The translations under genes and the position numbers were made by a program. 49,646 nt of DNA, from the IMG/VR virus record IMGVR_UViG_3300045988_091802; one strand, 5' to 3'. The stretch's first letter is position 1; each line of letters opens with the position of its first letter. The notes under the pieces were generated by a model. That model did no database searches. It was given only the letters and a program-made list of their open reading frames with translations, and was not told where the DNA came from. Below, in pieces: positions 8,195 through 18,196 of the stretch. This DNA is from a virus.

Positions 8195-8947
8195 ATGAGG
8201 AAGAAGAAACAAGAAAGCGAAGAAGACAGCGACCTGCGTATAAGCGGCGTTGATTTCGGAAACATAGAGCTGCCCGATTTGGACTTATCGTTATTCGACG
8301 TGCTTAACGACGAATATAACGAGGAAACGCGCTACATAAAGCCGAAGGTTTACGAAGTGAAGCCGGAATATGTCTTATACGACAACGCGGTAAAGTTGGC
8401 TAAGGACTTGCGGCTGGACTTCGGCGCACGTTACGACGTGTTTGTTAGTGGCAGCTTCATTTTTGGCGACTTCTTAGAAGCGTTCATCATGGGGTATAAC
8501 GCCAAGTGCAAGAAGATGACTATAAGCACACTTTCGTTAAACCAAAACAACGTAGATAGTTTGTACAACCTTCTTGCAGGGAACTACATAGACGAATTGA
8601 ACCTAATAGTAAGCGTTTACTTTTGGGGCAACGAAATAAGAAGCCTTATCCCCTATATGTACCGTAAACTTGACTTCGGCAACAAATTCCAATTATCAGT
8701 AGCATCCATACACACCAAGACCGCACAGTTTGAAACGTTGGGAGGGCGAAAGGTGGTAATACACGGAAGCGCGAACCTAAGAAGCAGCGGCAATATAGAG
8801 CAATTCACGATAGAGGAAAATCCCGAACTATACGACTTCTACGATGACCATTTAAGCCGGATTGCCGAGAAGTACGCAACCATAAGGAAACCGGTACGCG
8901 GTAATGACTTATGGGCAGAGTTAATTAAAAAGAAGTTTAACGATTAA
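8195..8947 (+). CDS. Putative phospholipase D-like (Nuc-like) nuclease family protein
   Basis: HTKTAQFE...VIHGSANL resembles the HxK(x)4D...GSxN PLD motif, with E in place of D. Confidence 0.4.
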   Translation: MRKKKQESEEDSDLRISGVDFGNIELPDLDLSLFDVLNDEYNEETRYIKPKVYEVKPEYVLYDNAVKLAKDLRLDFGARYDVFVSGSFIFGDFLEAFIMGYNAKCKKMTISTLSLNQNNVDSLYNLLAGNYIDELNLIVSVYFWGNEIRSLIPYMYRKLDFGNKFQLSVASIHTKTAQFETLGGRKVVIHGSANLRSSGNIEQFTIEENPELYDFYDDHLSRIAEKYATIRKPVRGNDLWAELIKKKFND

Positions 8948-8961
8948 AAGAAGGAGGTTTT

Positions 8962-9072
8962 ATGCCAAGTGGAAGCGAAAGCAGAAGCGGCGGTAGCCGG
9001 ATAAGAAGAAGCACCGCAGCGAGCCAAAGGGGTTACGTTCCGTGGAATCCTTCAATGGACACCCCATTTTAG
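8962..9072 (+). CDS. Small S/R/G-rich hypothetical peptide (36 aa)
   Basis: A strong AAGGAGG lies 5 nt upstream of ATG 8962. Too short to be confident. Confidence 0.25.
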   Translation: MPSGSESRSGGSRIRRSTAASQRGYVPWNPSMDTPF

Positions 9073-9137
9073 TAGTGAGTAACACAGAGCCGCACCGACA
9101 GCACAAAGACGCGGCGCGGCTCTTAATTCTATTTCAG

Positions 9138-10565
9138 ATGGAGAAGAAGAAAGAAGAAACAACGGAAAAACAAAGCAGGAAAGCGAACATAGCCGACATG
9201 GTGCAAAGCCAAGTTTTGCCGTTGGCGGATATAACCCCGAATAAGGGGCAAATTCCCGGCGTTCCTAAGAACCCAAGGCTTATCCATGATGATAAGTTTA
9301 AGCTATTGAAGCGCAGTATAGAGGAAGACCCGGAAATGTTGGGACTTCGGGAAATACTACTTTACCCCTACAAAGGGAAGAACATTATCGTAGGCGGAAA
9401 TATGCGCTACCGGGCATTGAAGGAACTGGGATATACGGAAGCAATAGTAAAGATATTGCCGCAGGCTTTCACGGCAGAGAAGCTACGCGCCATCGTCATA
9501 AAAGATAATAGCGGCTTTGGGGAATGGGATTGGGACGAATTAAGCAACGTTTGGGACGCTACCGACCTTGCTAATTGGGGCGTAGATGTGCCGGAATTGG
9601 ATAAGGTAGAAGTAGAGGAAGAAGCCGAAGAAGATGACTTCAACGTAGAGGAACACCTGCCAAAGAAAGCAAAGGCGAAGTTTGGTGACATATACGCTTT
9701 GGGCAAACACAGGCTTATTTGTGGAGACAGCACCGACGCGGAAACGGTTAGCTTGTTGGTTGGTGACAGCAAAGTAGATTTGCTTCTTACCGACCCTCCT
9801 TATAACGTGGATTATTCAAGCAAGAACGAAGCGTTAAACGCGGCAGACAAAGGCAACCGCATACAAAAGGACATCGCCAACGACAAAATGGGAGATGCGC
9901 AGTTTCAAGAGTTCCTAACGGCGGCTTTCACAAACGCGAACCACCACCTCAAGCAAGGCGGCGCGTTCTACATTTGGCACGCAGGTACGGAAGGGCTTAA
10001 CTTCAAGATTGCAGTAAAGCGCGTGGGTTGGGACTTGAAGCAGATACTTATTTGGAACAAAAATAACATGGTTTTAGGAAGACAGGATTATCAATGGAAG
10101 CACGAACCATGTTTATACGGTTGGAAGCCCGGCGCAGGACATTACTTCATAGCCCGGCGCGATTTGCTTACGGTGTACGAAGAAAAGGACATCGATATAG
10201 ACGCGCTTACAAAAGCGGAAATGAAAGACTTGCTTAAAAAGTTCCTTCAAGGCTCAATCCCCACGACCGTAATAGACGAAGACAAACCGCTAAGGAGCGA
10301 AGACCACCCAACAATGAAGCCGTTAAAACTTATGGGGCGTTTGATACGAAACAGCACACGACCGGGCGAAGTTGTGTTAGACCTTTTCGGCGGAAGCGGT
10401 AGTACGTTGATGGCGGCTGAACAGTTGGGGCGCGTTTGCTATACGGTTGAGTTAGACCCGTGTTATATAGACGTGATTATAAAGCGTTGGGAGGAATACA
10501 CGGGCGAGAAAGCAAAGTATTTGGGAAATTGCGCCAAAGAAGGTAACACCGAACAAAAAGAATAA
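9138..10565 (+). CDS. ParB-like nuclease domain fused to a DNA methyltransferase (N6-adenine/N4-cytosine type)
   Basis: ParB-like GGNMRYRAL, catalytic DPPY (LLLTDPPYNV) and AdoMet motif FGGSGST. I prefer ATG 9138 over the GTG at 9042. Confidence 0.8.
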   Translation: MEKKKEETTEKQSRKANIADMVQSQVLPLADITPNKGQIPGVPKNPRLIHDDKFKLLKRSIEEDPEMLGLREILLYPYKGKNIIVGGNMRYRALKELGYTEAIVKILPQAFTAEKLRAIVIKDNSGFGEWDWDELSNVWDATDLANWGVDVPELDKVEVEEEAEEDDFNVEEHLPKKAKAKFGDIYALGKHRLICGDSTDAETVSLLVGDSKVDLLLTDPPYNVDYSSKNEALNAADKGNRIQKDIANDKMGDAQFQEFLTAAFTNANHHLKQGGAFYIWHAGTEGLNFKIAVKRVGWDLKQILIWNKNNMVLGRQDYQWKHEPCLYGWKPGAGHYFIARRDLLTVYEEKDIDIDALTKAEMKDLLKKFLQGSIPTTVIDEDKPLRSEDHPTMKPLKLMGRLIRNSTRPGEVVLDLFGGSGSTLMAAEQLGRVCYTVELDPCYIDVIIKRWEEYTGEKAKYLGNCAKEGNTEQKE

Positions 10566-10577
10566 AAACACCGAGAA

Positions 10578-11018
10578 ATGGCAAATGAACAGAATTTACG
10601 CGAGCCGTGGAAACCCGGACAGAGCGGAAACCCGAAAGGGCGACCGAAAAACCGAGTTCCCGAACAACTTGTAACGATATTCGGGAGCAAGGCTAAGGCT
10701 AAGAAGTTCTATTGCCTTAGCGCGACCGAAATAAACGAATGGGAAGCCGCCATACTTACGCTATCAGCCGAAGACTTGAAAGTATTGGCGAAGTGGAGCG
10801 GCGCACCCTCATACCCGAAAGGGCTGGCGATTGCGGTATTAAGCGATATGAAGAACGGAAAGACTACGACGCTCGACAAATTGCGAGAACGCCAATACGG
10901 AAAGCCCACGCAACGGATGGAGGTAACAGGAAAGGATGGCGCGGAACTTATACCGGCGCGGACGCTTACCAAAGAGGAAGCGCAGCAGCTTTTTAAGGAC
11001 TTGCAAGAAAACTACTAA
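10578..11018 (+). CDS. terS: Terminase small subunit (DUF5681-like)
   Basis: PGQSGNPKGRPKN motif, and position directly upstream of terL. Confidence 0.65.
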   Translation: MANEQNLREPWKPGQSGNPKGRPKNRVPEQLVTIFGSKAKAKKFYCLSATEINEWEAAILTLSAEDLKVLAKWSGAPSYPKGLAIAVLSDMKNGKTTTLDKLRERQYGKPTQRMEVTGKDGAELIPARTLTKEEAQQLFKDLQENY

Positions 11019-11021
11019 GGA

Positions 11022-12476
11022 ATGGAGATAAGGGACATAGACGTAATAAAGACGTGGACGCTGCAAAGTACGCTAAACTTTACGCGCTACTTCTTCAAAG
11101 AGAGGTATAAGCGTAAGTTTGTCGTAGGCAAGCACCATGTTAAAATCGCGGAAGCCTTAGACCGAGTATTTCGCGGCGAATCTACGCGCCTTATCATAAA
11201 CATAGCACCACGATACGGAAAGACGGAATTAGCGGTTAAGAACTTCATAGCTATGGGGCTTGCAATAAACCCAAAGGCGAAGTTTATACATTTGTCGTAT
11301 TCCGATGATTTGGCGCGTGACAATTCGCGCGGTGTGCAGGAGATTATACGGGATAGCAGCTACCGGCGTTTGTTTCCCGGAACGATGCCTACAAGCGTGA
11401 ACACGCGCAAATGGTTTACGACGGAAGGCGGCGCACTTTACGCAGTGAGTTCTGCCGGACAGGTAACAGGCTTCGGAGCGGGTTTGGTTGATAAGGAAGA
11501 CGAAGAAGAATTAGCCGCAGAAGTTGAGGAACTAAGCAGCATAGATAACGGGAATTTTGGCGGCGCGATAGTCATAGATGACCCGATTAAGCCGGATGAC
11601 GCAAGAAGCGCGTTAGTACGCGACAAGGTAAACCAAAAGTTTGAAACCACCATACGAAACCGCGTAAACAGCCGGAAGACCCCGATAATAATTATCATGC
11701 AGCGTTTGGACGAAGACGACCTTTGCGGCTATTTGCAACGGTTAGAGCCGGACGAATGGGAGGTTTTAAGCCTTCCAGTTATAGAAACGGACGAAGCCGG
11801 GAAAGAAGTACCGCTTTGGGAGTTCAAACATACCTTAGAGGAACTGCACGACCTTAAAGAAAAAAATTCGTGGGTATTTGAAACGCAGTACATGCAGAAT
11901 CCGAAACCGCTTACAGGCTTGATGTACGAACGTGGTTTTAAGACCTACGAAACGATACCCATAACCCGGAAGCATACGGTTAAATCCTATATAGATACGG
12001 CGGACACGGGCGCAGACTTCCTTTGTTGCATCATCTACATAGAAACGGAAATAGGTAACTTCATTCTTGACGTGTACTATACGCAAGACCCGATGGAAAC
12101 GACAGAGCCGGAAACGGCGCGGCGGCTTTCCAAGTATGAAGTAGAACGGGCTATAATAGAGAGCAACAACGGAGGGCGCGGATTTGCCCGGAATGTGGAA
12201 TCGCAATGCCGTTTGTTGGGCAACCGCAAGACTTCGGTAACGTGGTTTCATCAGTCCGAAAATAAGGACGTGCGCATCTTTAACCATTCGGCGGAAGTGC
12301 AGAACCTAACCTATTTCCCTAAAGGTTGGGAACACTTGTACCCCAAATTCTACAAAGACATAACCCAATATATGAAAGTCGGCAAGAACGCCCACGATGA
12401 CGCGCCGGACGCACTTACGGGTACGGTTGAGAAACGGAGCGGACAGCCGCAGAAGTTGGCAAACATTTTCAGATAA
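11022..12476 (+). CDS. terL: Terminase large subunit
   Basis: ATPase motifs (PRYGKTE, IVIDDPIKPDD) and a C-terminal nuclease-like region (YIDTADTGADF...ESNNGG). Lies upstream of the portal gene. Confidence 0.85.
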   Translation: MEIRDIDVIKTWTLQSTLNFTRYFFKERYKRKFVVGKHHVKIAEALDRVFRGESTRLIINIAPRYGKTELAVKNFIAMGLAINPKAKFIHLSYSDDLARDNSRGVQEIIRDSSYRRLFPGTMPTSVNTRKWFTTEGGALYAVSSAGQVTGFGAGLVDKEDEEELAAEVEELSSIDNGNFGGAIVIDDPIKPDDARSALVRDKVNQKFETTIRNRVNSRKTPIIIIMQRLDEDDLCGYLQRLEPDEWEVLSLPVIETDEAGKEVPLWEFKHTLEELHDLKEKNSWVFETQYMQNPKPLTGLMYERGFKTYETIPITRKHTVKSYIDTADTGADFLCCIIYIETEIGNFILDVYYTQDPMETTEPETARRLSKYEVERAIIESNNGGRGFARNVESQCRLLGNRKTSVTWFHQSENKDVRIFNHSAEVQNLTYFPKGWEHLYPKFYKDITQYMKVGKNAHDDAPDALTGTVEKRSGQPQKLANIFR

Positions 12477-12492
12477 CTAAATACTTACAATT

Positions 12493-13983
12493 ATGACAAT
12501 AGAAGAACTGTTGGCAAAGAGCGAGAACGAACTGACAAGCGTTATTAACGAGTTGAGGAACGGACGGAACACGCCCGAACCTAATTCTTTGGAGTATGCG
12601 GCACAATTTGACCCGAAGCTGCATGAGGTAAACGACAGGCGGAAACGCCCGGACAAACTTGTAGTGATAGACAAAGACAGCGACGAATACGGCGAAGTAA
12701 AAGCCATAAACCCAAATGTGGAACTTACCACCGAACAAGGTTTTAGGATTGAGCCGGTAGCGCGTGTTGCGTTGGCTATTCAAAAGCTGATAGTAAAACG
12801 TGCTGTTGCTTTTACGTTCGGAAACCCGGTTACATACAACGCCAACCCGGACGGAGAGGAAGAAAAAGCTCTTTTGCAAGCGTTAAACCGGGTATTCTAC
12901 GACGTGAAGGAAAAGACCCTAAACCGCCGTGTGGCTCGTAGTTTGTTCAGCACAACGGAAGTAGCCGAACTTTGGTATCCGATAGAAACAGAACCGCACG
13001 AACTTTACGGCTTCAAGAAAAACATCAAATTCAAAGTAGCCATATTCAGCCCGATGTTTGGCGATAGGCTTTATCCGTACTTTGACGAATCGCGCGACCT
13101 TGTAGCCTTTTCGCGTGAGTTCACGCGCAAAGACCGCGACCTCATTACGCGAACCTACTTTGAAACATACACTAAGGATAAGCACTACTTATGGAGTTGC
13201 GAGGGGTTGGAAACGGCAACGAGCGGCACAAATTGGCAGTTGGTGGAAGGTTATCCGAAAGACATCACAATAGGGAAAATTCCCGTCATATACGCAAGCC
13301 AGCCGCAAGTAGAATGGGAAGACGTGCAAAGCCTTATAGACAGGTTGGAAAAGTTGCTTTCCAACTTCGCAGACACCAACGACTACCACGCAAGCCCGAA
13401 AATCTTTGTACGCGGAACGATAAAGGGATTTTGCCGGAAAGGGGAAGCTGGCGGCATCATTGAGGGCGAAGACGGGGCGGAAGCGCAATACCTGTCATGG
13501 GCGAACGCACCCGAAAGCGTGAAGTTAGAGATAGACACGCTTTTAAGGATGATTTACACGATTACGCAAACGCCCGATATTTCCTTTGATACCGTGAAGG
13601 GATTGGGAGCGATAAGCGGCGTAGCGTTGCAGCTTCTTTTTATGGACGCTCATTTGAAGGTGCAGGACAAAAACGAGATTTTCTCCGAATACTTGCAACG
13701 GCGTATTAATGTGCTTAAAGCGTATATGGCGGAAGCTAATATAAATTGGAGGACGGCGGCAAGCAGCCTTATAGTAGAGCCGGAAATAACGCCCTACATC
13801 ATTGAGGACGAACTAAGCAAGATAAATATCCTGCAAGCCGCGAACGGGCAGAAGCAGATAGCAAGCCGGAAAGCGACGATACAGCGGTTAGGCTGGGCAG
13901 ACAACGCCGACGAAGAAGAAGCCGCAATCGAAGCGGAAGAAACCCGCGAGCGGTCATATTACCAAGGCGAACCAACTTTATAG
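12493..13983 (+). CDS. Portal protein
   Basis: 496 aa, immediately after terL and before the MuF-like gene. Confidence 0.8.
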   Translation: MTIEELLAKSENELTSVINELRNGRNTPEPNSLEYAAQFDPKLHEVNDRRKRPDKLVVIDKDSDEYGEVKAINPNVELTTEQGFRIEPVARVALAIQKLIVKRAVAFTFGNPVTYNANPDGEEEKALLQALNRVFYDVKEKTLNRRVARSLFSTTEVAELWYPIETEPHELYGFKKNIKFKVAIFSPMFGDRLYPYFDESRDLVAFSREFTRKDRDLITRTYFETYTKDKHYLWSCEGLETATSGTNWQLVEGYPKDITIGKIPVIYASQPQVEWEDVQSLIDRLEKLLSNFADTNDYHASPKIFVRGTIKGFCRKGEAGGIIEGEDGAEAQYLSWANAPESVKLEIDTLLRMIYTITQTPDISFDTVKGLGAISGVALQLLFMDAHLKVQDKNEIFSEYLQRRINVLKAYMAEANINWRTAASSLIVEPEITPYIIEDELSKINILQAANGQKQIASRKATIQRLGWADNADEEEAAIEAEETRERSYYQGEPTL

Positions 13984-13991
13984 CCGCAAAC

Positions 13992-14006
13992 GTATCAATA
14001 TAATAC
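13992..14006 (+). promoter_or_regulatory. Dispersed 15-bp motif copy: GTATCAATATAATAC
   Basis: Same 15-mer as 43336-43350. Intergenic, between the portal and MuF genes. Confidence 0.55.
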
Positions 14007-14103
14007 AAATCGGGCGTTTTGGGCGCGTTTTAACTACCGATGTGTGACAATATACCACAAGGGAATAAGACGCGCTTAAACGCCAAATCTTAGAAAAATA
14101 ACT

Positions 14104-16422
14104 ATGCCCGAAAAGGAAAACAACATAATAGCGCAGCTTAGAGGATTTGACGCGGAGCATTACGCGGCAACGGAACGTTACGCCCGGCAGATTGAGCGGC
14201 TATACAATACAGCTTGCGATGAATTTGCACGCATTGGCGCAGGAATAGAAGAAACGGAAACCGTGTTTTCATTCGACAAGCTGCCGAAAACGAGAAAACA
14301 GGCGCAAGGGATATTAACCCGGCTTGTAGGCAAAATGGAAGCCGTCATTACGACCGGGACAAAAGCCGAATGGTTGGCAGCTTGCAAAAAGAACGACGCT
14401 TTTATAGCCGCAATACTACGCACAGCCAAACTGACCAAAGAAGAAGTAGAGCAATACCAAAGCCGAAACCTCGAAGCACTTCGCACGTTCCAACGTCGTA
14501 AGGTTGAAGGATTGGGATTAAGCGAGAGGGTATGGAGGTATGCCGGAGAATTGAAAGACGCTATGGAATTGGGCATAGACGTAGCGTTAGGGGAAGGCAA
14601 GAGCGCACAAGAGTTAAGCCGGGATTTGCGGAGCTACCTCCAAGAACCGCACAGGCTTTATAGGCGTGTGCGTGACAAAGGCGGAAACTTGCGTTTGAGC
14701 AAGGCGGCTAAGTTGTACCATCCCGGACAAGGTGTTTACCGTTCTTCGGCAAAGAACGCGCAAAGGTTGGCTCGGACGGAGGTAAACATGGCATACCGGG
14801 AAAGCGAGTTTTTAAGATGGCAGAAGTTGGATTTTGTTGTAGGCTTGCGCGTCATGCTGAGCAACAACCACACTACGACCAACAGCAAAGGGGAAAAAAT
14901 TCCGCTTGTAGATATTTGCGACGAACTATGGGGCGATTACCCTAAAACGTTCAAGTTTACAGGTTGGCATCCGCAATGCCGTTGCTTTGTTGTGCCTATT
15001 TTGTCGGACTATGACGAATATAACCAAGACAGGGCGAACAGGCTAAAAGCGATTGTTAGGAAAGCGAAGTACGAAAGCCTTCCTTCACGCCGTACCATCA
15101 CGGACGTACCGGCTAAGTTTCGGGAATACATAGACAGTATTAAGGAACGAGCTAAGGGCTGGAAGTCTATGCCCTACTACATTCGGGATAATTTCAAAGG
15201 CGGTAAGATAGAAGGCGGACTAAACGCAAACATACCGACAAAGACGATGAACAACGTAAAACCGTGTACGGAATTTGACAGGGAAATAAACTACCTTAAA
15301 CGTTGGGCATACGCTTTGGGAGGCGATATGTCAAACATTGACGCGCTTAGAACCGCAGGAAACCGGGAAGCATTGGAAGCCGAAATAGAAAAGGTTAGAG
15401 ATGTCATGGACGGCAATTTAGACAAATGGCACGATGCGCAGAACGAACTAAGCCGGGTTATTACGGTAAGCCTAAAAGGGTATTCGGATATACAAAGCGA
15501 GTTCACGAAGATTTTGCAGGACAACGCATCTTCAACAAAAAGATACTACGGAGATTGTATTAGCCGCTTGAAACAGGCGGTAAAAGACGCTTTGGCTAAG
15601 TTGGCAAAGGCAAAGGAAGAAGAAGCCAAAAGCGGAGATAAGCCGCATAAGGCACTACTTAAAAACTACACTACCGAAGCGCAGGTAGATAAGACTTTCA
15701 AGGAGATAAACGACGGGCTTACCGAAAAATGGTTTGAGAACGGCGACCTTAAATTAGGAGTAGAAACGCATAGGGGTAACAACGGCTCTACGTGGATGGA
15801 CGGCAGAACCTACCTAACAACGGATAGGCTTGCACGGGTAAAATCGGCATTGGGCAAAATAGGGCAAGGAAAATCGGCGGAGATTACAGAACTTGAAGCC
15901 GACGCGATGGCTACATTTTGGCACGAGATTACGCACAACAGGAACAAGCGAGGGAACATGTATTTAACAGATACGCAAAGGGCATTTATGGAATTAGCCA
16001 ACGAGTTTGTAGCGCGAAAGTCTTTGCCGGAGTTTTACCGGGTATTGGGCTGCAAAGAAACGCCGCAAGCGCAATTCATAAGCAACCGCAATTCAACAGG
16101 CTATAACGACATGGTTAATAACTACGATTTGGTAATTAGGGAATTGGGACTTAACGCTGATAAGGCATTGGCGACCGTTAGGAAGAATTTGTTTAACGAA
16201 GTTTACTCAGACCAAGCAACCGGGCTAAAACAAGGTCTTATAGATGGAGGACTTAAACGGCTGGACGGAAAGAAAATAAAGGCTTCGGAGCTAAACAGCC
16301 TATTAAAAGCTATAAGGACAACTAAGGGAAGAGTTTATATGAACATAAACGGAGATTGGGTAAAGGAAAGCCGGGAAGAACAAATGGTTAAATGGTTGAA
16401 GAAAAACGGATATTTGGCATAA
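14104..16422 (+). CDS. Head morphogenesis protein (SPP1 gp7/Mu F-like) with a roughly 440-aa C-terminal extension carrying HExxH
   Basis: MuF hallmark GWHPQCRCFVVP is near residue 300. The C-terminal region contains FWHEITHNR...MELANE, which is zincin-like. Confidence 0.75.
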   Translation: MPEKENNIIAQLRGFDAEHYAATERYARQIERLYNTACDEFARIGAGIEETETVFSFDKLPKTRKQAQGILTRLVGKMEAVITTGTKAEWLAACKKNDAFIAAILRTAKLTKEEVEQYQSRNLEALRTFQRRKVEGLGLSERVWRYAGELKDAMELGIDVALGEGKSAQELSRDLRSYLQEPHRLYRRVRDKGGNLRLSKAAKLYHPGQGVYRSSAKNAQRLARTEVNMAYRESEFLRWQKLDFVVGLRVMLSNNHTTTNSKGEKIPLVDICDELWGDYPKTFKFTGWHPQCRCFVVPILSDYDEYNQDRANRLKAIVRKAKYESLPSRRTITDVPAKFREYIDSIKERAKGWKSMPYYIRDNFKGGKIEGGLNANIPTKTMNNVKPCTEFDREINYLKRWAYALGGDMSNIDALRTAGNREALEAEIEKVRDVMDGNLDKWHDAQNELSRVITVSLKGYSDIQSEFTKILQDNASSTKRYYGDCISRLKQAVKDALAKLAKAKEEEAKSGDKPHKALLKNYTTEAQVDKTFKEINDGLTEKWFENGDLKLGVETHRGNNGSTWMDGRTYLTTDRLARVKSALGKIGQGKSAEITELEADAMATFWHEITHNRNKRGNMYLTDTQRAFMELANEFVARKSLPEFYRVLGCKETPQAQFISNRNSTGYNDMVNNYDLVIRELGLNADKALATVRKNLFNEVYSDQATGLKQGLIDGGLKRLDGKKIKASELNSLLKAIRTTKGRVYMNINGDWVKESREEQMVKWLKKNGYLA

Positions 16423-16424
16423 AA

Positions 16425-16447
16425 GAAAGGGGTAATTTGCCCCTTTC
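16425..16447. terminator. Bidirectional terminator hairpin between convergent genes
   Basis: GAAAGGGG-taatttg-CCCCTTTC lies between stop 16422 (+) and stop 16453 (-). Confidence 0.6.
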
Positions 16448-16452
16448 CCGGT

Positions 16453-16719
16453 TTAGTCAATTATACACCCATCCTCTTGCGATTGGATGTATTGTTCTTT
16501 CCAACATTCATCCTCATACCTTTTTGCAGCCTTGTAAAGTTCATTATCTTTGGTTTCAATAGCCAAATTTCGCAGCATTTGGGCATGAACTACCGGCGTA
16601 CAGCCTTCTATATATTCTTTGCTTTCCAACGGAGCGGAAAACCCGGTTACTTTGGCAAGGATTTCGGCATCATTGCAGAAGTCAAAAACGGTTTTGCCTT
16701 TCAAGTCTTTATAGTTCAT
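16453..16719 (-). CDS. Hypothetical protein (88 aa), leftward cassette
   Basis: ATG 16719 is preceded by GGAGGGAC. It overlaps the upstream gene by 11 nt. Confidence 0.55.
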   Translation of the reverse strand: MNYKDLKGKTVFDFCNDAEILAKVTGFSAPLESKEYIEGCTPVVHAQMLRNLAIETKDNELYKAAKRYEDECWKEQYIQSQEDGCIID

Positions 16720-17029
16720 AGTCCCTCCCTTTTGTATAACGAACATTGCAATTATAGTTATCCCGTTCAAGTTCAGCCGACGGAAGCGGCGCACCTTTGA
16801 CGGGTGGATAGTTATCGGTTACGAACTTATCAAGCATTGCCAACGCTTCACGCCGTTTCTTTCCCTTTGAGCGTTCAGCGCGTGAAAGAAGAATGCCTAT
16901 AATTTCAACAGGCGATGGGTTGGCAAACATATCTTTTACGGCTTCTTTTAGAGCCAAACGAGCGGAGAGAGTATAAGCGGAGTTATACGCCCTATTGCCT
17001 TTCCTTAATGCTTCGGTTACGTTATCCAT
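16709..17029 (-). CDS. Hypothetical protein (106 aa), leftward cassette
   Basis: Coupled to the flanking minus-strand ORFs. Confidence 0.55.
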   Translation of the reverse strand: MDNVTEALRKGNRAYNSAYTLSARLALKEAVKDMFANPSPVEIIGILLSRAERSKGKKRREALAMLDKFVTDNYPPVKGAPLPSAELERDNYNCNVRYTKGRDYEL

Positions 17030-17250
17030 TATTGCGCTATTTTGGTTTCCACTTCCACACGGGAAATGCGAGTTTCCACGAGCTGCCCGGTATTAGTGAA
17101 AATTGGTTGAACTTCTACGTTTCCCTTAAAGACTACCGACGTTGAAAACGTTCCGGCAAATTCTTTCAGTTGGGCTAACAACTTTTGCTCTAATTCGGAT
17201 TTCGCCTTAAAAAAGGCTTCTTCCGGCGTGATTTTATTTTCTTCTTCCAT
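17029..17250 (-). CDS. Hypothetical protein (73 aa from ATG 17250), leftward cassette
   Basis: MEEENKITPEE... The ORF-track start at 17277 is a TTG. Confidence 0.5.
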   Translation of the reverse strand: MEEENKITPEEAFFKAKSELEQKLLAQLKEFAGTFSTSVVFKGNVEVQPIFTNTGQLVETRISRVEVETKIAQ

Positions 17251-17449
17251 ACGCTTTAATCTGTTGTTCAGCAACAAAAGTACGGATTACTACGGACAAA
17301 ACAAAACCGTAAGTTTGAGCCAAAGCCAAAAACAAGGGAACGCCGTAAGCAAGTGGAAACAAACAGTAGCAACGTAATAGGTACGGCAATAACTAAATAG
17401 CACCATTTAGACACCAACGGGAAAAAGCAATAGCGAAAAATACTCAAAC

Positions 17450-17464
17450 GTATTAAGATGATAC
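17450..17464 (-). promoter_or_regulatory. Dispersed 15-bp motif copy on the minus strand: GTATCATCTTAATAC
   Basis: The reverse complement of 17450-17464 matches GTATCAnnnTAATAC. On the minus strand it is followed by TATTTTTC, a near -7 box. Confidence 0.5.
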
Positions 17465-17710
17465 TTTGCTTTCAGAACTTCGCTTTGCTTCCTGTTCATT
17501 AAGCCACTTTGTTTGCCGTTCAAGCCCGGATAGCTTCAATTTATGTACGACAAGACGCGCCCGGATAATACCGACCTTTTTTGCGGCTTCTTTATTACCC
17601 GATTGCCTTACTTTGCGTTGGCGATAGGGCTTAGTAAGGAATGCGACCACAAGAGAAACAAAGAAAACACCAAAGCACCCACCGGCGAAATAAAGCAAAT
17701 AGGCTTCCAT
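17453..17710 (-). CDS. Membrane-anchored small protein (85 aa)
   Basis: The start shares a TAATG overlap with the lipoprotein stop. N-terminal TM segment YLLYFAGGCFGVFFVSLVVAFL is followed by a basic tail. Confidence 0.55.
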   Translation of the reverse strand: MEAYLLYFAGGCFGVFFVSLVVAFLTKPYRQRKVRQSGNKEAAKKVGIIRARLVVHKLKLSGLERQTKWLNEQEAKRSSESKVSS

Positions 17711-18156
17711 TATTCCGGGTTTATTACTTCTACGATACTTTCCACTTCGACCCATTGGTTATGGTCATTAGGGGATAAAGTAAAAGAAGTGCTTAGTTTG
17801 TATTGACCGGGCTTTTGCGGCGTGTATTGGATTGTAAAAGGTTGCGTAGTGGAAACGCCTATACATTCATTACCGACATAAGGAGTATCAAGGAAGTAGG
17901 CTACTTCTTCGACAGAACCGTTTATCTGTTTCAGCATTTCCGCATCAGCATTACAATACGGCGAGAAGTTCACGGAATAAGTACGACCTACATAGATAGT
18001 ATTCAGTTGCTCGGTACTTCCGACTTCGCTAAAATAAGCGGAAGCCCTTACGGTTGTACTAACGTAGTTTTGTTCTTCCGGCTCGTTTGTTTCAGAGAAA
18101 CACCCGGACATTACCACCGACGCTGAAAGTAGCAAGAAATAAATTAGCTTCTTCAT
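17710..18156 (-). CDS. Lipoprotein (148 aa)
   Basis: Signal peptide with lipobox MKKLIYFLLLSASVVMSGC. Confidence 0.7.
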   Translation of the reverse strand: MKKLIYFLLLSASVVMSGCFSETNEPEEQNYVSTTVRASAYFSEVGSTEQLNTIYVGRTYSVNFSPYCNADAEMLKQINGSVEEVAYFLDTPYVGNECIGVSTTQPFTIQYTPQKPGQYKLSTSFTLSPNDHNQWVEVESIVEVINPE

Positions 18157-18196
18157 CGATTTTTGATACCTTTGTACCCACCGCCCGAAGTAAGTG

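Noticed and set aside
14012-14031. GGGCGTTTTGGGCGCGTTTT doublet, and similar ones at 42100-42118 and 43451-43457, considered as additional integrase arm sites
   Set aside because: The TGGGCGT heptamer is expected several times by chance in 2 x 50 kb and also occurs in coding sequence (for example near 4634). Only the cluster at attP is locally enriched.
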